NCBI GenBank assembly: GCA_029838195.1
Contig: JALGVJ010000015.1
Span: 34,852-98,851 of the forward strand
Length of the DNA stretch: 64,000 nucleotides
Origin: Promethearchaeota archaeon
GTDB taxonomy: Archaea; Asgardarchaeota; Lokiarchaeia; Sigyniarchaeales; SOKP01
Direction: 5' to 3'
A program made the translations under genes and the position numbers. The stretch's first letter is position 1. Every line of letters starts with the position of its first letter. Shown piece by piece: positions 9,607 through 19,163 of this stretch. Below the pieces are notes generated by a model. That model was given only the letters and a program-made list of their open reading frames with translations, was not told the DNA's origin and ran no database searches.

Positions 9607-10590
9607 ATGAATAAACATCTGGAAACGCCTTGGGTGGAAAAATATAGACCCAAGACATTTGATGAGATAGTTTCCCAGAATATAGCTATTAGCAATATTA
9701 AAAAATTCATAAAAAGTAAAGACATGCCCCACATGATTTTTGCGGGACCTGCAGGGACGGGAAAGACGACGACGGCCCTAATCATGGCAAGAGAAATGAT
9801 TGGAAAAGAAGATCTTTATAGCTCTTTATTAGAATTAAATGCTTCGGATACGGTTCGGATGGAGTATGTCCGCTCTGTAATTAAAAATTTCATCAATCAA
9901 AACATTAGTACGACGAGAAATGGGATTAAATTTATATTATTGGATGAAGCAGATAACATTCCGGGTCAAGTTCAACAAGCCCTCCGAAGAATGATGGAGC
10001 AAACTGCGAATAATGTAAAATTTATTTTAATGTGTAATTATATCAATAGAATCATCGATCCCATCATTTCAAGATGTGCAGTTTTCCGATTTGTTAATTT
10101 ACCAAAAGAGCAGGTCATTAAACGATTAAAATTTATCTCAGAAAACGAGAATTTAAAGATCCCGGAAGAGAAAAAAGACCTTTTTTATAAAACTCTTTAT
10201 TTTATTTCAGCGGGAGATCTACGAAAAGCTATTAATGCGCTTCAAATGTCGGTTGCTTTAGATTTAATTCAGGACCTGAACATCAATGAAATCTTAAATA
10301 TTTCAGGGTTCATGACAGAAAACATGGTTCGACAGTTAAGTTCAGCTTTCCAAGAAAAAAATTTAACAAGAGTTCAAGAGATTTTACTTTCATTAACGAA
10401 TTTAGATAGTCGTAATATTTTGCGCCAAGTGGCAGAGATTCTTGTAAAATTAAAAGGAATTGGGAGCACGAATTTAGCTCGCTTGAGAGCGTTCCTTGGG
10501 GATATTGATTATCGAATTGGCCAAGGAAGTGATGAAAGGCTCCAGCTCATGGCATTATTTGCCGAGATCTTGCTTAGCATGAAAAATTAA
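9607..10590 (+). CDS. rfcS: Replication factor C small subunit
   Basis: PWVEKYRP, GPAGTGKTT, ELNASD, ILLDEAD, SRC, GDLRKAIN. Confidence 0.95.
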   Translation: MNKHLETPWVEKYRPKTFDEIVSQNIAISNIKKFIKSKDMPHMIFAGPAGTGKTTTALIMAREMIGKEDLYSSLLELNASDTVRMEYVRSVIKNFINQNISTTRNGIKFILLDEADNIPGQVQQALRRMMEQTANNVKFILMCNYINRIIDPIISRCAVFRFVNLPKEQVIKRLKFISENENLKIPEEKKDLFYKTLYFISAGDLRKAINALQMSVALDLIQDLNINEILNISGFMTENMVRQLSSAFQEKNLTRVQEILLSLTNLDSRNILRQVAEILVKLKGIGSTNLARLRAFLGDIDYRIGQGSDERLQLMALFAEILLSMKN

Positions 10591-10635
10591 TGAATTAAAA
10601 ACAAAACGGTTTACTTATTCAAGAGAGAATTAATA

Positions 10636-11682
10636 TTGAATGAAGAAATCCCAATTTGGAGGTTTAAATACCTTCCTAAGAGATTAAAGGACATTGTAGG
10701 AAGAAAGGATATTATAGATCGATTACTCAAAATTATCCAAGAAGGCAATTTTCCTCACTTGCTTTTTGTAGGAACTGAAGGCGTGGGAAAATCAACCATT
10801 GCTCGTTTATTCTCCAGGGAGTTTTTAGGAGAATTTCATGATGCTAATTTTAAATTTGTATTTGCAGATCTCCCTCTCACGGCAGAAGAGAGAGCTCAAG
10901 CGAGAACGGTATCGTATGTGTCTACCTCTCGAATTGGTAGTATTGCCGGAAAAACGTTGACCATGCCTGCTTTCATTCAAATAAAAGTAAAACCATTCGT
11001 GGAGCTCAAAGCATTAGGAGACATTCCCTTTAAAATATTAGTGGTTAAAAATTTTGAGGCTTTAGAAAATAATCAACAAGGATTTAGAAGATTAATGGAA
11101 ATTTACGGATCAAATTGCCGGATGATTTTAATTACCACGAAAATATCGGGCGTCATAGATCCCATTTTAAGTCGTTGCCAATTATTCTTGGTTCCTCAAG
11201 TAAGCTTGGAAGATTTCAGAGACTTCATTTTGGAGGTTGCTAATAAAGAGAATTTAGAAATCAATGAAGAAATAATCGAAATTTTACATCGTCTTTCAAG
11301 AGGAAATCTTTCTCATGCATTGGATTATTTACAACTTGCAAGCTTGGAAGGTACAATGATAGATTCAAATGTCTTGTTTGAAACTTATAAAAATTATCAA
11401 AACACGATTCCAAAGGAACTATTAATGACAGCATTAAAAGGTGATTTCAAAAAAGCGAGGGATGTCTCAAGAGAAATTATTTCCAAATATAAAATCACTA
11501 TAAGGGAACTACTTGTTCAATTACTCACGGAAGTACACAAATTACCCTTGTCGAGAACAGCAAAATTTGAGTTAATTAACATGATCGCCGAGACGGATTT
11601 TAAAGCGATTGACGGACAAGATGATGATATTCACCTTTCCGCTTTGCTTTCTATAATATGTGCTTTTTCGGAAACTTTATGA
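10636..11682 (+). CDS. Second, divergent RFC small subunit
   Basis: WRFKYLP, PHLLFVGTEGVGKS and ILSRC present; Walker B degenerate (VVKNFEAL). Confidence 0.88.
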   Translation: MNEEIPIWRFKYLPKRLKDIVGRKDIIDRLLKIIQEGNFPHLLFVGTEGVGKSTIARLFSREFLGEFHDANFKFVFADLPLTAEERAQARTVSYVSTSRIGSIAGKTLTMPAFIQIKVKPFVELKALGDIPFKILVVKNFEALENNQQGFRRLMEIYGSNCRMILITTKISGVIDPILSRCQLFLVPQVSLEDFRDFILEVANKENLEINEEIIEILHRLSRGNLSHALDYLQLASLEGTMIDSNVLFETYKNYQNTIPKELLMTALKGDFKKARDVSREIISKYKITIRELLVQLLTEVHKLPLSRTAKFELINMIAETDFKAIDGQDDDIHLSALLSIICAFSETL

Positions 11683-11702
11683 GAAATAAGTGAGGTGATA
11701 CG

Positions 11703-13067
11703 ATGGAAAAAAAAAAAAATAATAACATTCCTTGGGTGGAAAAATATAGACCTAAAAGCATAAAAGAAATGGCGCTCCCTCAAGCTCGGGTCAATAGGCA
11801 TAGAGTTAATTTAGCAGAAGAATTAATTCAATTTGTCGAGTCTTTTTTTGAAGAAATGGAAAAGATAAATGAAGAAAATAAAAAAATTAAAGCCTATAAT
11901 AGAACAGCACCCTCCAATAAACAAAAGAAATTATTAAGCATGGATCCTAAAAAAGCAGCATTGCTGTTAGAAGGTCCTCCCGGTATTGGGAAAACATCCC
12001 TGGTTTATGCGCTTGCTCACGATTTAAATATGGAAGTAATTGAAACAAATGCCTCTGATACGAGAACACGCAAAGCCCTTGAAAATAAATTAAAAGAAAC
12101 CACTAGATCGAAAGGAATTCTCGATTTCATTATTGAAACAAAACGGAAATTAATATTAATTGATGAAGTTGACGGTATTTATGGAGTGAAGGATAAGGGA
12201 GCAATCCCTGCGATATTAGACTTGATTCAACAAACTCAATTTCCCATCATAATGTGTAGCAATGAATACAAGCAAAATTTGCAGCCGATTTATGATGCAG
12301 TTAAAAAATATGAAGTATTGCCTTTATCTAAAGAAGAAATATTAAAAATTACCCGCACTATCATAAAAAAAGAGAAGATCACGAATCTAACGAAAGAAGA
12401 TTTAGAACTCATCATTGATAAAAATAATGGTGATTTAAGAGGGATCATCAATGATTTGCAAGGAATGAGCCAAGAAATTAAAGATGAAGATAAAAAGCAA
12501 TTCATTTATAGTTTATATCGTAATAATAATATTGAAATTTTTACCTTAATAAGAGATCTCTTTCAAAAGGCGAACTCCTTGCGGGAAGCACGCATGTTAG
12601 TCGATCAATCGGATGTAGATTATGCTCTGTTATATAAATGGATTAATGAAAACTTGCCCTCCTTTGCTTATAATAATGATGAGCTCGCAGAAGCCTTAGA
12701 AAATTTAACTTTAGCAGATGAAATTTATGGAAGAATTAGAAAAAACATGGAATGGTCTTTATTACCTTATTTTTTTGATTTATTCGCCGGAGGAGTTACG
12801 TTAGCTATTTCTCCAGAACATAAATCAAAAGGTTTTAGAAGAGTGACATTTCCAAGATACATCATGCAACGATCTTTAAGTTCACTTAGTGTTGCAGAAC
12901 GTAATTTAATAGAAAAAATAAAAATAAAACATGACATGTCTGATCGTGAAATAATCAAAGATTTCCTCCCCTTTTTACGATTACTCGGTAAATCTTCACG
13001 AAAAATGTTAAAAGAAATTAGTGATTGGTTGGAATTAGAAGCCCGCGAAAAAAAATTAATTCGGTAA
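11703..13067 (+). CDS. rfcL: Replication factor C large subunit
   Basis: PWVEKYRP, GPPGIGKTS, ETNASDTR, ILIDEVDG, GDLRGIINDLQ, WINEN. Confidence 0.93.
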   Translation: MEKKKNNNIPWVEKYRPKSIKEMALPQARVNRHRVNLAEELIQFVESFFEEMEKINEENKKIKAYNRTAPSNKQKKLLSMDPKKAALLLEGPPGIGKTSLVYALAHDLNMEVIETNASDTRTRKALENKLKETTRSKGILDFIIETKRKLILIDEVDGIYGVKDKGAIPAILDLIQQTQFPIIMCSNEYKQNLQPIYDAVKKYEVLPLSKEEILKITRTIIKKEKITNLTKEDLELIIDKNNGDLRGIINDLQGMSQEIKDEDKKQFIYSLYRNNNIEIFTLIRDLFQKANSLREARMLVDQSDVDYALLYKWINENLPSFAYNNDELAEALENLTLADEIYGRIRKNMEWSLLPYFFDLFAGGVTLAISPEHKSKGFRRVTFPRYIMQRSLSSLSVAERNLIEKIKIKHDMSDREIIKDFLPFLRLLGKSSRKMLKEISDWLELEAREKKLIR

Positions 13068-13096
13068 TCTACTCATATTTGAGTAGACGTATTTTT
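13068..13096 (+). terminator. Hairpin plus T-tract directly after rfcL
   Basis: tctactca-tatt-tgagtaga followed by cgtattttt. Confidence 0.45.
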
Positions 13097-13314
13097 GAAT
13101 TTCTTAGGCGACAATCGATTAAGATTTAAATTCTTTAATTTTTTTCATCATATTACTGAATTTATTCTTAATTTTTAAGAAATAATTTAATATTCATGAA
13201 TTTTCTTGCCCGCTAATTCTAATTTTAAAGTTATGTTGAAATCAAAATTTCTTTAAATACTTGTTACTTATGAATCTCAAGAAAATTAAAATAAAAAATA
13301 ATAGTTGATCTGAA

Positions 13315-13983
13315 ATGAATGAAACAGAAATTGTAGATTTGGAAGAAAAAAAATCTTTCATGTCAAAAAAATCCCAATTGACCTTACAAATTGCGGGAGC
13401 CGCCATTTTCGGTGCATTATCAATCGTGGTTTCGGGAATAGTGGTTCCAATTTTACCAAGAATTCCAGGCTGGGGAATAGCTTATTTTGATCCGACTTCT
13501 ATTATATGGATTACTTGTTTTTTAATATTTGGAATAACGGCAGGATTATTATGTTGCGCGATAGGAACTTTCGGGTTGTTAATATTTGATCCTACGGGGA
13601 TTGGGTCAATTTTTAAGTTTTTTGCCACGATCTCTTTAATTATCGTGCCGATTCTCGTGTTAAAATTATATAAAAAACAAGAAGGTATCCGTAATAGCCA
13701 AAAATTAAAAAATCGCCGAAATTATTTAATCTCGGGAATACTTGGAACGATATTGAGAATTATTCTCATGCTAATTTTGAATGTATTATTCTTTTTAACG
13801 ATCTGGGCGGATTTTTATCAGTTTGCTAACTTAGAATTCGCCGGATTCGCAGGAGTTACAGGGTGGACGGCAATTATCATGGGAACGATTATCATTAATG
13901 GATATTCAAGCGTGATAGATTTGCTGGTGCCTTATTTAATCGTGTTTGGGACAAAATTGGACGAAAAATTCGAAATATGGTAA
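13315..13983 (+). CDS. ECF transporter S component (RibU-like)
   Basis: AAIFGALSIV first helix, FDPTSI motif, about 6 TM helices. Confidence 0.7.
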   Translation: MNETEIVDLEEKKSFMSKKSQLTLQIAGAAIFGALSIVVSGIVVPILPRIPGWGIAYFDPTSIIWITCFLIFGITAGLLCCAIGTFGLLIFDPTGIGSIFKFFATISLIIVPILVLKLYKKQEGIRNSQKLKNRRNYLISGILGTILRIILMLILNVLFFLTIWADFYQFANLEFAGFAGVTGWTAIIMGTIIINGYSSVIDLLVPYLIVFGTKLDEKFEIW

Positions 13984-14135
13984 TTAACCCTTAGAATATT
14001 TTTGTTGAGATAAATTTCCCTCTATTTTCTTTTTCTTTTACTGCAATAATAGAAACCTTTTCATTGATTCGTACTAATTTTAAATAAATAACATCTAAAA
14101 GAAATTAAATGAGGAGGTAAAATATAAGGAATAGC

Positions 14136-14927
14136 ATGTCCATCCATGAATTCATTCTCGTTGAATTAGATAAGGGAGTAGAAAAAATCAAGTTAAATCG
14201 TCCTAAACAATTAAACGCCTTAACTTATCCCCTTATCGTGGAAATTATTGAAGTACTTGAACAATCCATGAAAAATAAATCTATTAGAGTAATTACCATT
14301 GAAGGAGCGGGAAATAATTTCTGTTCTGGGGATGATTTGAAATCCATGGGATCGGAAGGATTAAGATTTAAACCTTTAGAAGACGGCTCCCGCCTCCCCC
14401 ATCAAAAAATGGTAAGACTCATTAGAGAAATTCAAAAACCCGTTGTTGCCTTGCTGAGAGGCTATTGCTTAGGAGCAGGATTTGAACTGGCCTTGGCTTG
14501 CGATTTTCGTTTAGCAGCGGATGACTTAATAATTGGAGACCATCGAACCACTAGAGCCATTTGCATATTAAGTGGGGCAAGTTGGCTGCTCCCACGGATA
14601 GTGGGATTTGGAAGAGCCATGGAGATAATTATGACGGGAAGACATCTTGATGCTAAAGAAGCATTTAAAATAGGACTTGTTACAAAAGTCTTTCCCTCTC
14701 TCGATTTTGAAAAAGAAGCCGATAAATTTGTACAAGAACTTGCCACCATGCCTACTAGATGTTTAGGGTATAATAAGGCAATGTTAAATTATTCTTTAGT
14801 TAATGCTTTTTTTCCATCTCTACAAAATGAATTCGATCTCTATTGTAAAAACATGGCTACCAGAGATTTTGGAGAAGGATTAAAATCTTTTTTAGAAAAA
14901 CGAAAACCACGCTTTATAGGAAGATAA
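14136..14927 (+). CDS. Enoyl-CoA hydratase/isomerase family
   Basis: LNRPKQLNAL, FCSGDDL, GAGFELALACD, KRKPRF.GR. Confidence 0.93.
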   Translation: MSIHEFILVELDKGVEKIKLNRPKQLNALTYPLIVEIIEVLEQSMKNKSIRVITIEGAGNNFCSGDDLKSMGSEGLRFKPLEDGSRLPHQKMVRLIREIQKPVVALLRGYCLGAGFELALACDFRLAADDLIIGDHRTTRAICILSGASWLLPRIVGFGRAMEIIMTGRHLDAKEAFKIGLVTKVFPSLDFEKEADKFVQELATMPTRCLGYNKAMLNYSLVNAFFPSLQNEFDLYCKNMATRDFGEGLKSFLEKRKPRFIGR

Positions 14928-15026
14928 GAAAATTTTATAATCTAAATGAGATTTAAATATATCAATCTTTTATTTTCGAAATTTATTTAAAAAATTTTTT
15001 TGATATAAAATAAGAGAGGAAAAAAA

Positions 15027-15641
15027 ATGACAAAAATGATAAAAGGAATTCCCTTGTATCTCATATCCATAATATTGACGAACATCTTTTATTATGGTTT
15101 ATTAATACCTGGAGCTTTGCTATATCCCGGTTATTCGCCCTTCACCCATACAGTATCTGCTATTGGAAATACGACAAAAAATCCGAATGGATGGTACTTT
15201 TTTAGTATAAGTTTAATTTTAATGGCAATCGCCCTAATTCCATTTATTTTAGGGCTGAAAAAGTGGTATGAGACAGAGCCATCCGTTAAGAGAACTATTT
15301 TAATCATTCAAATCGTTGGATTATTTAACAGTTTTGCGATGGTCATGATTGCTATATTTCCCACGGATCTCGCTTCTGCTCAACATAATTTCTGGAGCTT
15401 GATGAATTTTATCTGTATAGAATTAGTAATCTTGCTTGCCGTCATTGGTTTAAGAAAACACCCTTCCTATTGGAATCGCCTCTCAATAATTGCTCTCTTT
15501 GATTTCGTGTTTTGCATCACGTATTTATATTTACTTAATGCTTATAGGCCAATTGCGACGATTTTTGAATGGCTGACCTTCATCTTAATCTTAACCTATC
15601 TTTTATTTGTGGGCATTAACATGTATAAAGAAAAATTATGA
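15027..15641 (+). CDS. DUF998-like membrane protein
   Basis: YPGYSPFTHTVSAIG, IAIFPTD...H, FEW; 5 TM helices. Confidence 0.7.
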   Translation: MTKMIKGIPLYLISIILTNIFYYGLLIPGALLYPGYSPFTHTVSAIGNTTKNPNGWYFFSISLILMAIALIPFILGLKKWYETEPSVKRTILIIQIVGLFNSFAMVMIAIFPTDLASAQHNFWSLMNFICIELVILLAVIGLRKHPSYWNRLSIIALFDFVFCITYLYLLNAYRPIATIFEWLTFILILTYLLFVGINMYKEKL

Positions 15642-15691
15642 GCACGTGAAGGAGACTCTTTAAAAAAGAATAAAAAGATTTATTTTTTTTT

Positions 15692-15766
15692 TTCCTTGAT
15701 ATAATCCATCTTATAATTAAAGGAAAAAATTTTAGTGATTAGAAGCGAACTTTAGTTTGTAAGGAA
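15692..15766 (+). repeat. 75-bp dispersed repeat, copy 1
   Basis: 72/75 identical to the reverse complement of 48306-48380. Confidence 0.9.
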
Positions 15767-15772
15767 TTTTTT

Positions 15773-18400
15773 TTATCTCTTGTTTTTTCTTATTTTTATT
15801 ATTTTCACTATTTCTTTCCAAAACGTGGCAATTATCGAAATAATGATGACATATACCCAATCAGAAAGACTCAAGGGAGATAATCTGAACACCTTTGCGA
15901 GTGGCGGAATGTAAATGATTAGAATTGTCGTTAGGAAAGCCCCCATGGCCCAAAAAATCATCATTTTATTAGACAGCAGTCCTACTTTATAGAGCGGGTC
16001 ATTATCCGTTCTCATGTTAAATGCTAAAAGAACGTGGCAGATCATCCATGTCGCAAAAGCCATCGCACCTGCCCCTTGTAAACCCTGAAAATAAGCTATA
16101 GAATATACAAATATTACGGCAGCGGCTAACATTAATCCCCCCGAGAGGATCTCACGTTTCATTTTTCGATTAATGAATTTCTCCGAAGGTTCACGAGGTG
16201 GTCTTTTCATGACATCACTTTCGGGGATTTCAATAACGAACGTTGCAGAGGCCCCTAAGTCCATGAACAATTCCAATAAAATAATTTGAATGGGGGCAAA
16301 AGGAAAGGGTATCGTAAAAAAGATCGGAAATAAAAAGATCGTGATTAGAGCTAACTTAACGGCTAAATAAAATCTCACTCCTTTTCTCAAATTCTCGAAT
16401 AATTTTCTTCCTTCTTCTATTGCCACGGTTATAGTAGCAAAATTATCATCCAATAATACCATATCAGCAGTTTCACGGGCAACATCTGTACCCGTAAGGC
16501 CCATGGCTATACCGATATCTGCTTTTTTAAGAGCAGGTGCATCATTAATCCCATCTCCCGTGACTGCAACGATTTCTCCCATATCTTTTAATGTGTTCAC
16601 GATTCTTAATTTTTGTTCGGGTGTGATGCGGGCAAAAATATTTGTAGAGGTAATTTTATTTTTTAATTCCATATCATCCATAACGGTTAAAGTTTTCCCC
16701 GAAATTACCCCATCCTTTTTCATTCCAATCTTTTCAGCTATCGAGACAGCAGTTATTTCATAATCGCCAGTTATCATGAACACTTTAATTCCAGCATCCA
16801 AGCATTTTTTGATGGCCTCTTTCACCTCTTCGCGAGGCGGATCGAGAAATCCTATAATTCCTAGAAATATTAAGTCGTTTTCAGCCTCTTGTAGTTTCAA
16901 ATCTTTCGAATTTGTTGTCTTATAAGCAAAAGCAAGAATTCTTAATCCCTCTTGAGCCATTTCATTGGCAATTTGTAATATTTTATCTTTTTCTACTTCA
17001 GAAAGAGAGATTTCAGTTTCATTGATTTTAATCTTTATCGATCTTTCTAAAATGGGTTCTAAGGCGCCTTTTACTAATACCATGTATTCCTGCTTGTATT
17101 TATAAATTTGAGACATCATCATTCGTTCATTATCAAAACTGAATTCGGTAATTAATGAATATTCTTGTTTTAACTCGTTTTCTGAAATGTTCGCTTGTTT
17201 TCCCGCTTCAATTAGAGCAATTTCCATGGGATCTCCTACCAGAATGGTTTTAGAATTTTCTTTCTTCATGATAACATCATGTACCAACATTCCAATCTCT
17301 AAAATCTTCCTCAGGGTTTCACTGAGAATATTTAAATTAAAAGGACTCAATTTTCCGTTAGTATAACACGCGTCGAGTTCCATTCGATTTTCCGTGAGTG
17401 TTCCGGTTTTATCAGTCGCAATTACTGTGACACTTCCCAAAGTTTCGGCTGCTTTTAAATTTTTAACCAAAGCTTTCTTTTTTGATAAAATTAAGGCTCC
17501 TAAAGCTAAAACGATCATGATCAAAATCGGGAGCTCTTCTGGAATGGTAGCAAAGGAGAGACTTAATCCTACAAGGAGCATTTCAATTAAATCCCTCCCT
17601 TGAATCATCCCAATTACCGGGATGAGAAGGGAAAAAAAGAGAGCAATCCAAACTAACATCATTGATAATTGCTTCATGGCTATTTGAAGAGGAGTTTTAG
17701 GTTCTTTAATTTCTCTTGTTAATCCAGCAATATGACCGAGTTCTGTATTCATGCCCGTCGCAATTACCACCCCTAATCCCTTGCCTCGAGTAATGGTTGT
17801 TCCGGCAAATATAATGTTTGTTCTCTCGGTTAATCGTGTAAATTCTTTAAGAATAACATCCGCATGCTTGGTAATGGGTACGGATTCTCCGGTTAAAATG
17901 GATTCATTTACTTGCAATCCATATGATTCAAGTAATCGAATATCGGCAGGAAGTGTTTGTCCTACTTTTAAAATGATAATATCGCCCGGTACGACCTTTT
18001 TAGATTCAATTTCTTGATATCGTCCATCTCGTATCATAGAAATTAAAGGAGAGGCCATTTTCTTTAACTCCTGAATGGTTTTTTTAGCCCGATATTCGTT
18101 GTAAATTTCTACAAAAATTAAAATAGAAATAATAGCAAAAATGGTCAAAGCATCTCCAAAATCGCCAAAAATACTGTAAAGAATTCCTACTACCAAGAGG
18201 AGCAAGATCATGGGTTCCGATACTTCGTGAATGAATACTCTAAAAAATTTAATTTCTTTCTCTTCTTTTAAGAGATTTTCGCCGTATTCTTTTAAACGGT
18301 TTTCTGCTTCTTCAGTGGATAATCCTCTTTCTTGATCCACCCTTAACTCTCTTAATACTTGAATCTTGTCTTTCATCCAAGGTTTTTTAATTTCTTTCAT
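15773..18400 (-). CDS. Cation-transporting P-type ATPase (type II-like)
   Basis: LTGES, DKTGTLT, KGA, DPPR, TGDGINDAPAL; TM4 reads PEEL. Confidence 0.95.
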   Translation of the reverse strand: MKEIKKPWMKDKIQVLRELRVDQERGLSTEEAENRLKEYGENLLKEEKEIKFFRVFIHEVSEPMILLLLVVGILYSIFGDFGDALTIFAIISILIFVEIYNEYRAKKTIQELKKMASPLISMIRDGRYQEIESKKVVPGDIIILKVGQTLPADIRLLESYGLQVNESILTGESVPITKHADVILKEFTRLTERTNIIFAGTTITRGKGLGVVIATGMNTELGHIAGLTREIKEPKTPLQIAMKQLSMMLVWIALFFSLLIPVIGMIQGRDLIEMLLVGLSLSFATIPEELPILIMIVLALGALILSKKKALVKNLKAAETLGSVTVIATDKTGTLTENRMELDACYTNGKLSPFNLNILSETLRKILEIGMLVHDVIMKKENSKTILVGDPMEIALIEAGKQANISENELKQEYSLITEFSFDNERMMMSQIYKYKQEYMVLVKGALEPILERSIKIKINETEISLSEVEKDKILQIANEMAQEGLRILAFAYKTTNSKDLKLQEAENDLIFLGIIGFLDPPREEVKEAIKKCLDAGIKVFMITGDYEITAVSIAEKIGMKKDGVISGKTLTVMDDMELKNKITSTNIFARITPEQKLRIVNTLKDMGEIVAVTGDGINDAPALKKADIGIAMGLTGTDVARETADMVLLDDNFATITVAIEEGRKLFENLRKGVRFYLAVKLALITIFLFPIFFTIPFPFAPIQIILLELFMDLGASATFVIEIPESDVMKRPPREPSEKFINRKMKREILSGGLMLAAAVIFVYSIAYFQGLQGAGAMAFATWMICHVLLAFNMRTDNDPLYKVGLLSNKMMIFWAMGAFLTTILIIYIPPLAKVFRLSPLSLSDWVYVIIISIIATFWKEIVKIIKIRKNKR

Positions 18401-18499
18401 TTTTTTTTACCTATTATAAAGTATTGGCTATTAATCATGAATTTCTTGGCAAATCACGCCATATTCATGACATTACTTAAATTATTTTATTTTTACAAT

Positions 18500-18518
18500 G
18501 ATATCGGTTCTCGATATC
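18500..18518. promoter_or_regulatory. Inverted repeat GATATCG-N5-CGATATC, candidate PadR operator
   Basis: Perfect inverted repeat between the divergent ATPase and PadR genes. Confidence 0.4.
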
Positions 18519-18692
18519 GGTATTAAATAATATTACATGATTCATGAAATTTAAATATAATTCATCACGTGTTGAATCAAAAGAATTAATAACTAAGAAA
18601 TTTACATTAATAGTAATTAGAACGTTTGATATAATTGGATTTCTTTTTATCTGAGATATCATGAAAATTCAAATTTAAAATAGCGATAAGCC

Positions 18693-18995
18693 ATGAATGC
18701 ATTAGCAAAATTCAAGAAAGGCGCAATAATGGTCCATATTTTATATCATGCCAGCAAGGAACCTTTTTATGGGGTGTGGCTAAAACGCGAATTAAAGAGA
18801 CATGGTTATAACATTTCCTATGGAACTCTGTACCCTTGGTTAAATAAATTATCTGCTGCGGGATATTTACAATTCTACGAAAAAAATGTGAATGGAAAAA
18901 TTCGCAAGTATTACACGATTACTGATTTAGGGAAAAAGCAGTTATTAGAAATGAAGAAATATTTAAAAGAATTACATGATGAGGTCATAGAATAA
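18693..18995 (+). CDS. PadR family transcriptional regulator
   Basis: YGVWL, ISYGTLYPWL, RKYYTITDLGK. Confidence 0.92.
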   Translation: MNALAKFKKGAIMVHILYHASKEPFYGVWLKRELKRHGYNISYGTLYPWLNKLSAAGYLQFYEKNVNGKIRKYYTITDLGKKQLLEMKKYLKELHDEVIE

Positions 18996-19163
18996 TAACA
19001 CTGGTTGAGAACTCTTAAGGATTTAATTCATTTTCATGGTCAATTATTTTATTTTGGCTACTGGAACGAAGGAAGCTTCTTAAGAGCGGGATCTTTTCGC
19101 CTTTCTTCTCTCCTTCGTTTAAAGAGCGAAACCCAGGATTTTTTATCCCTTTTTATCAATAAA

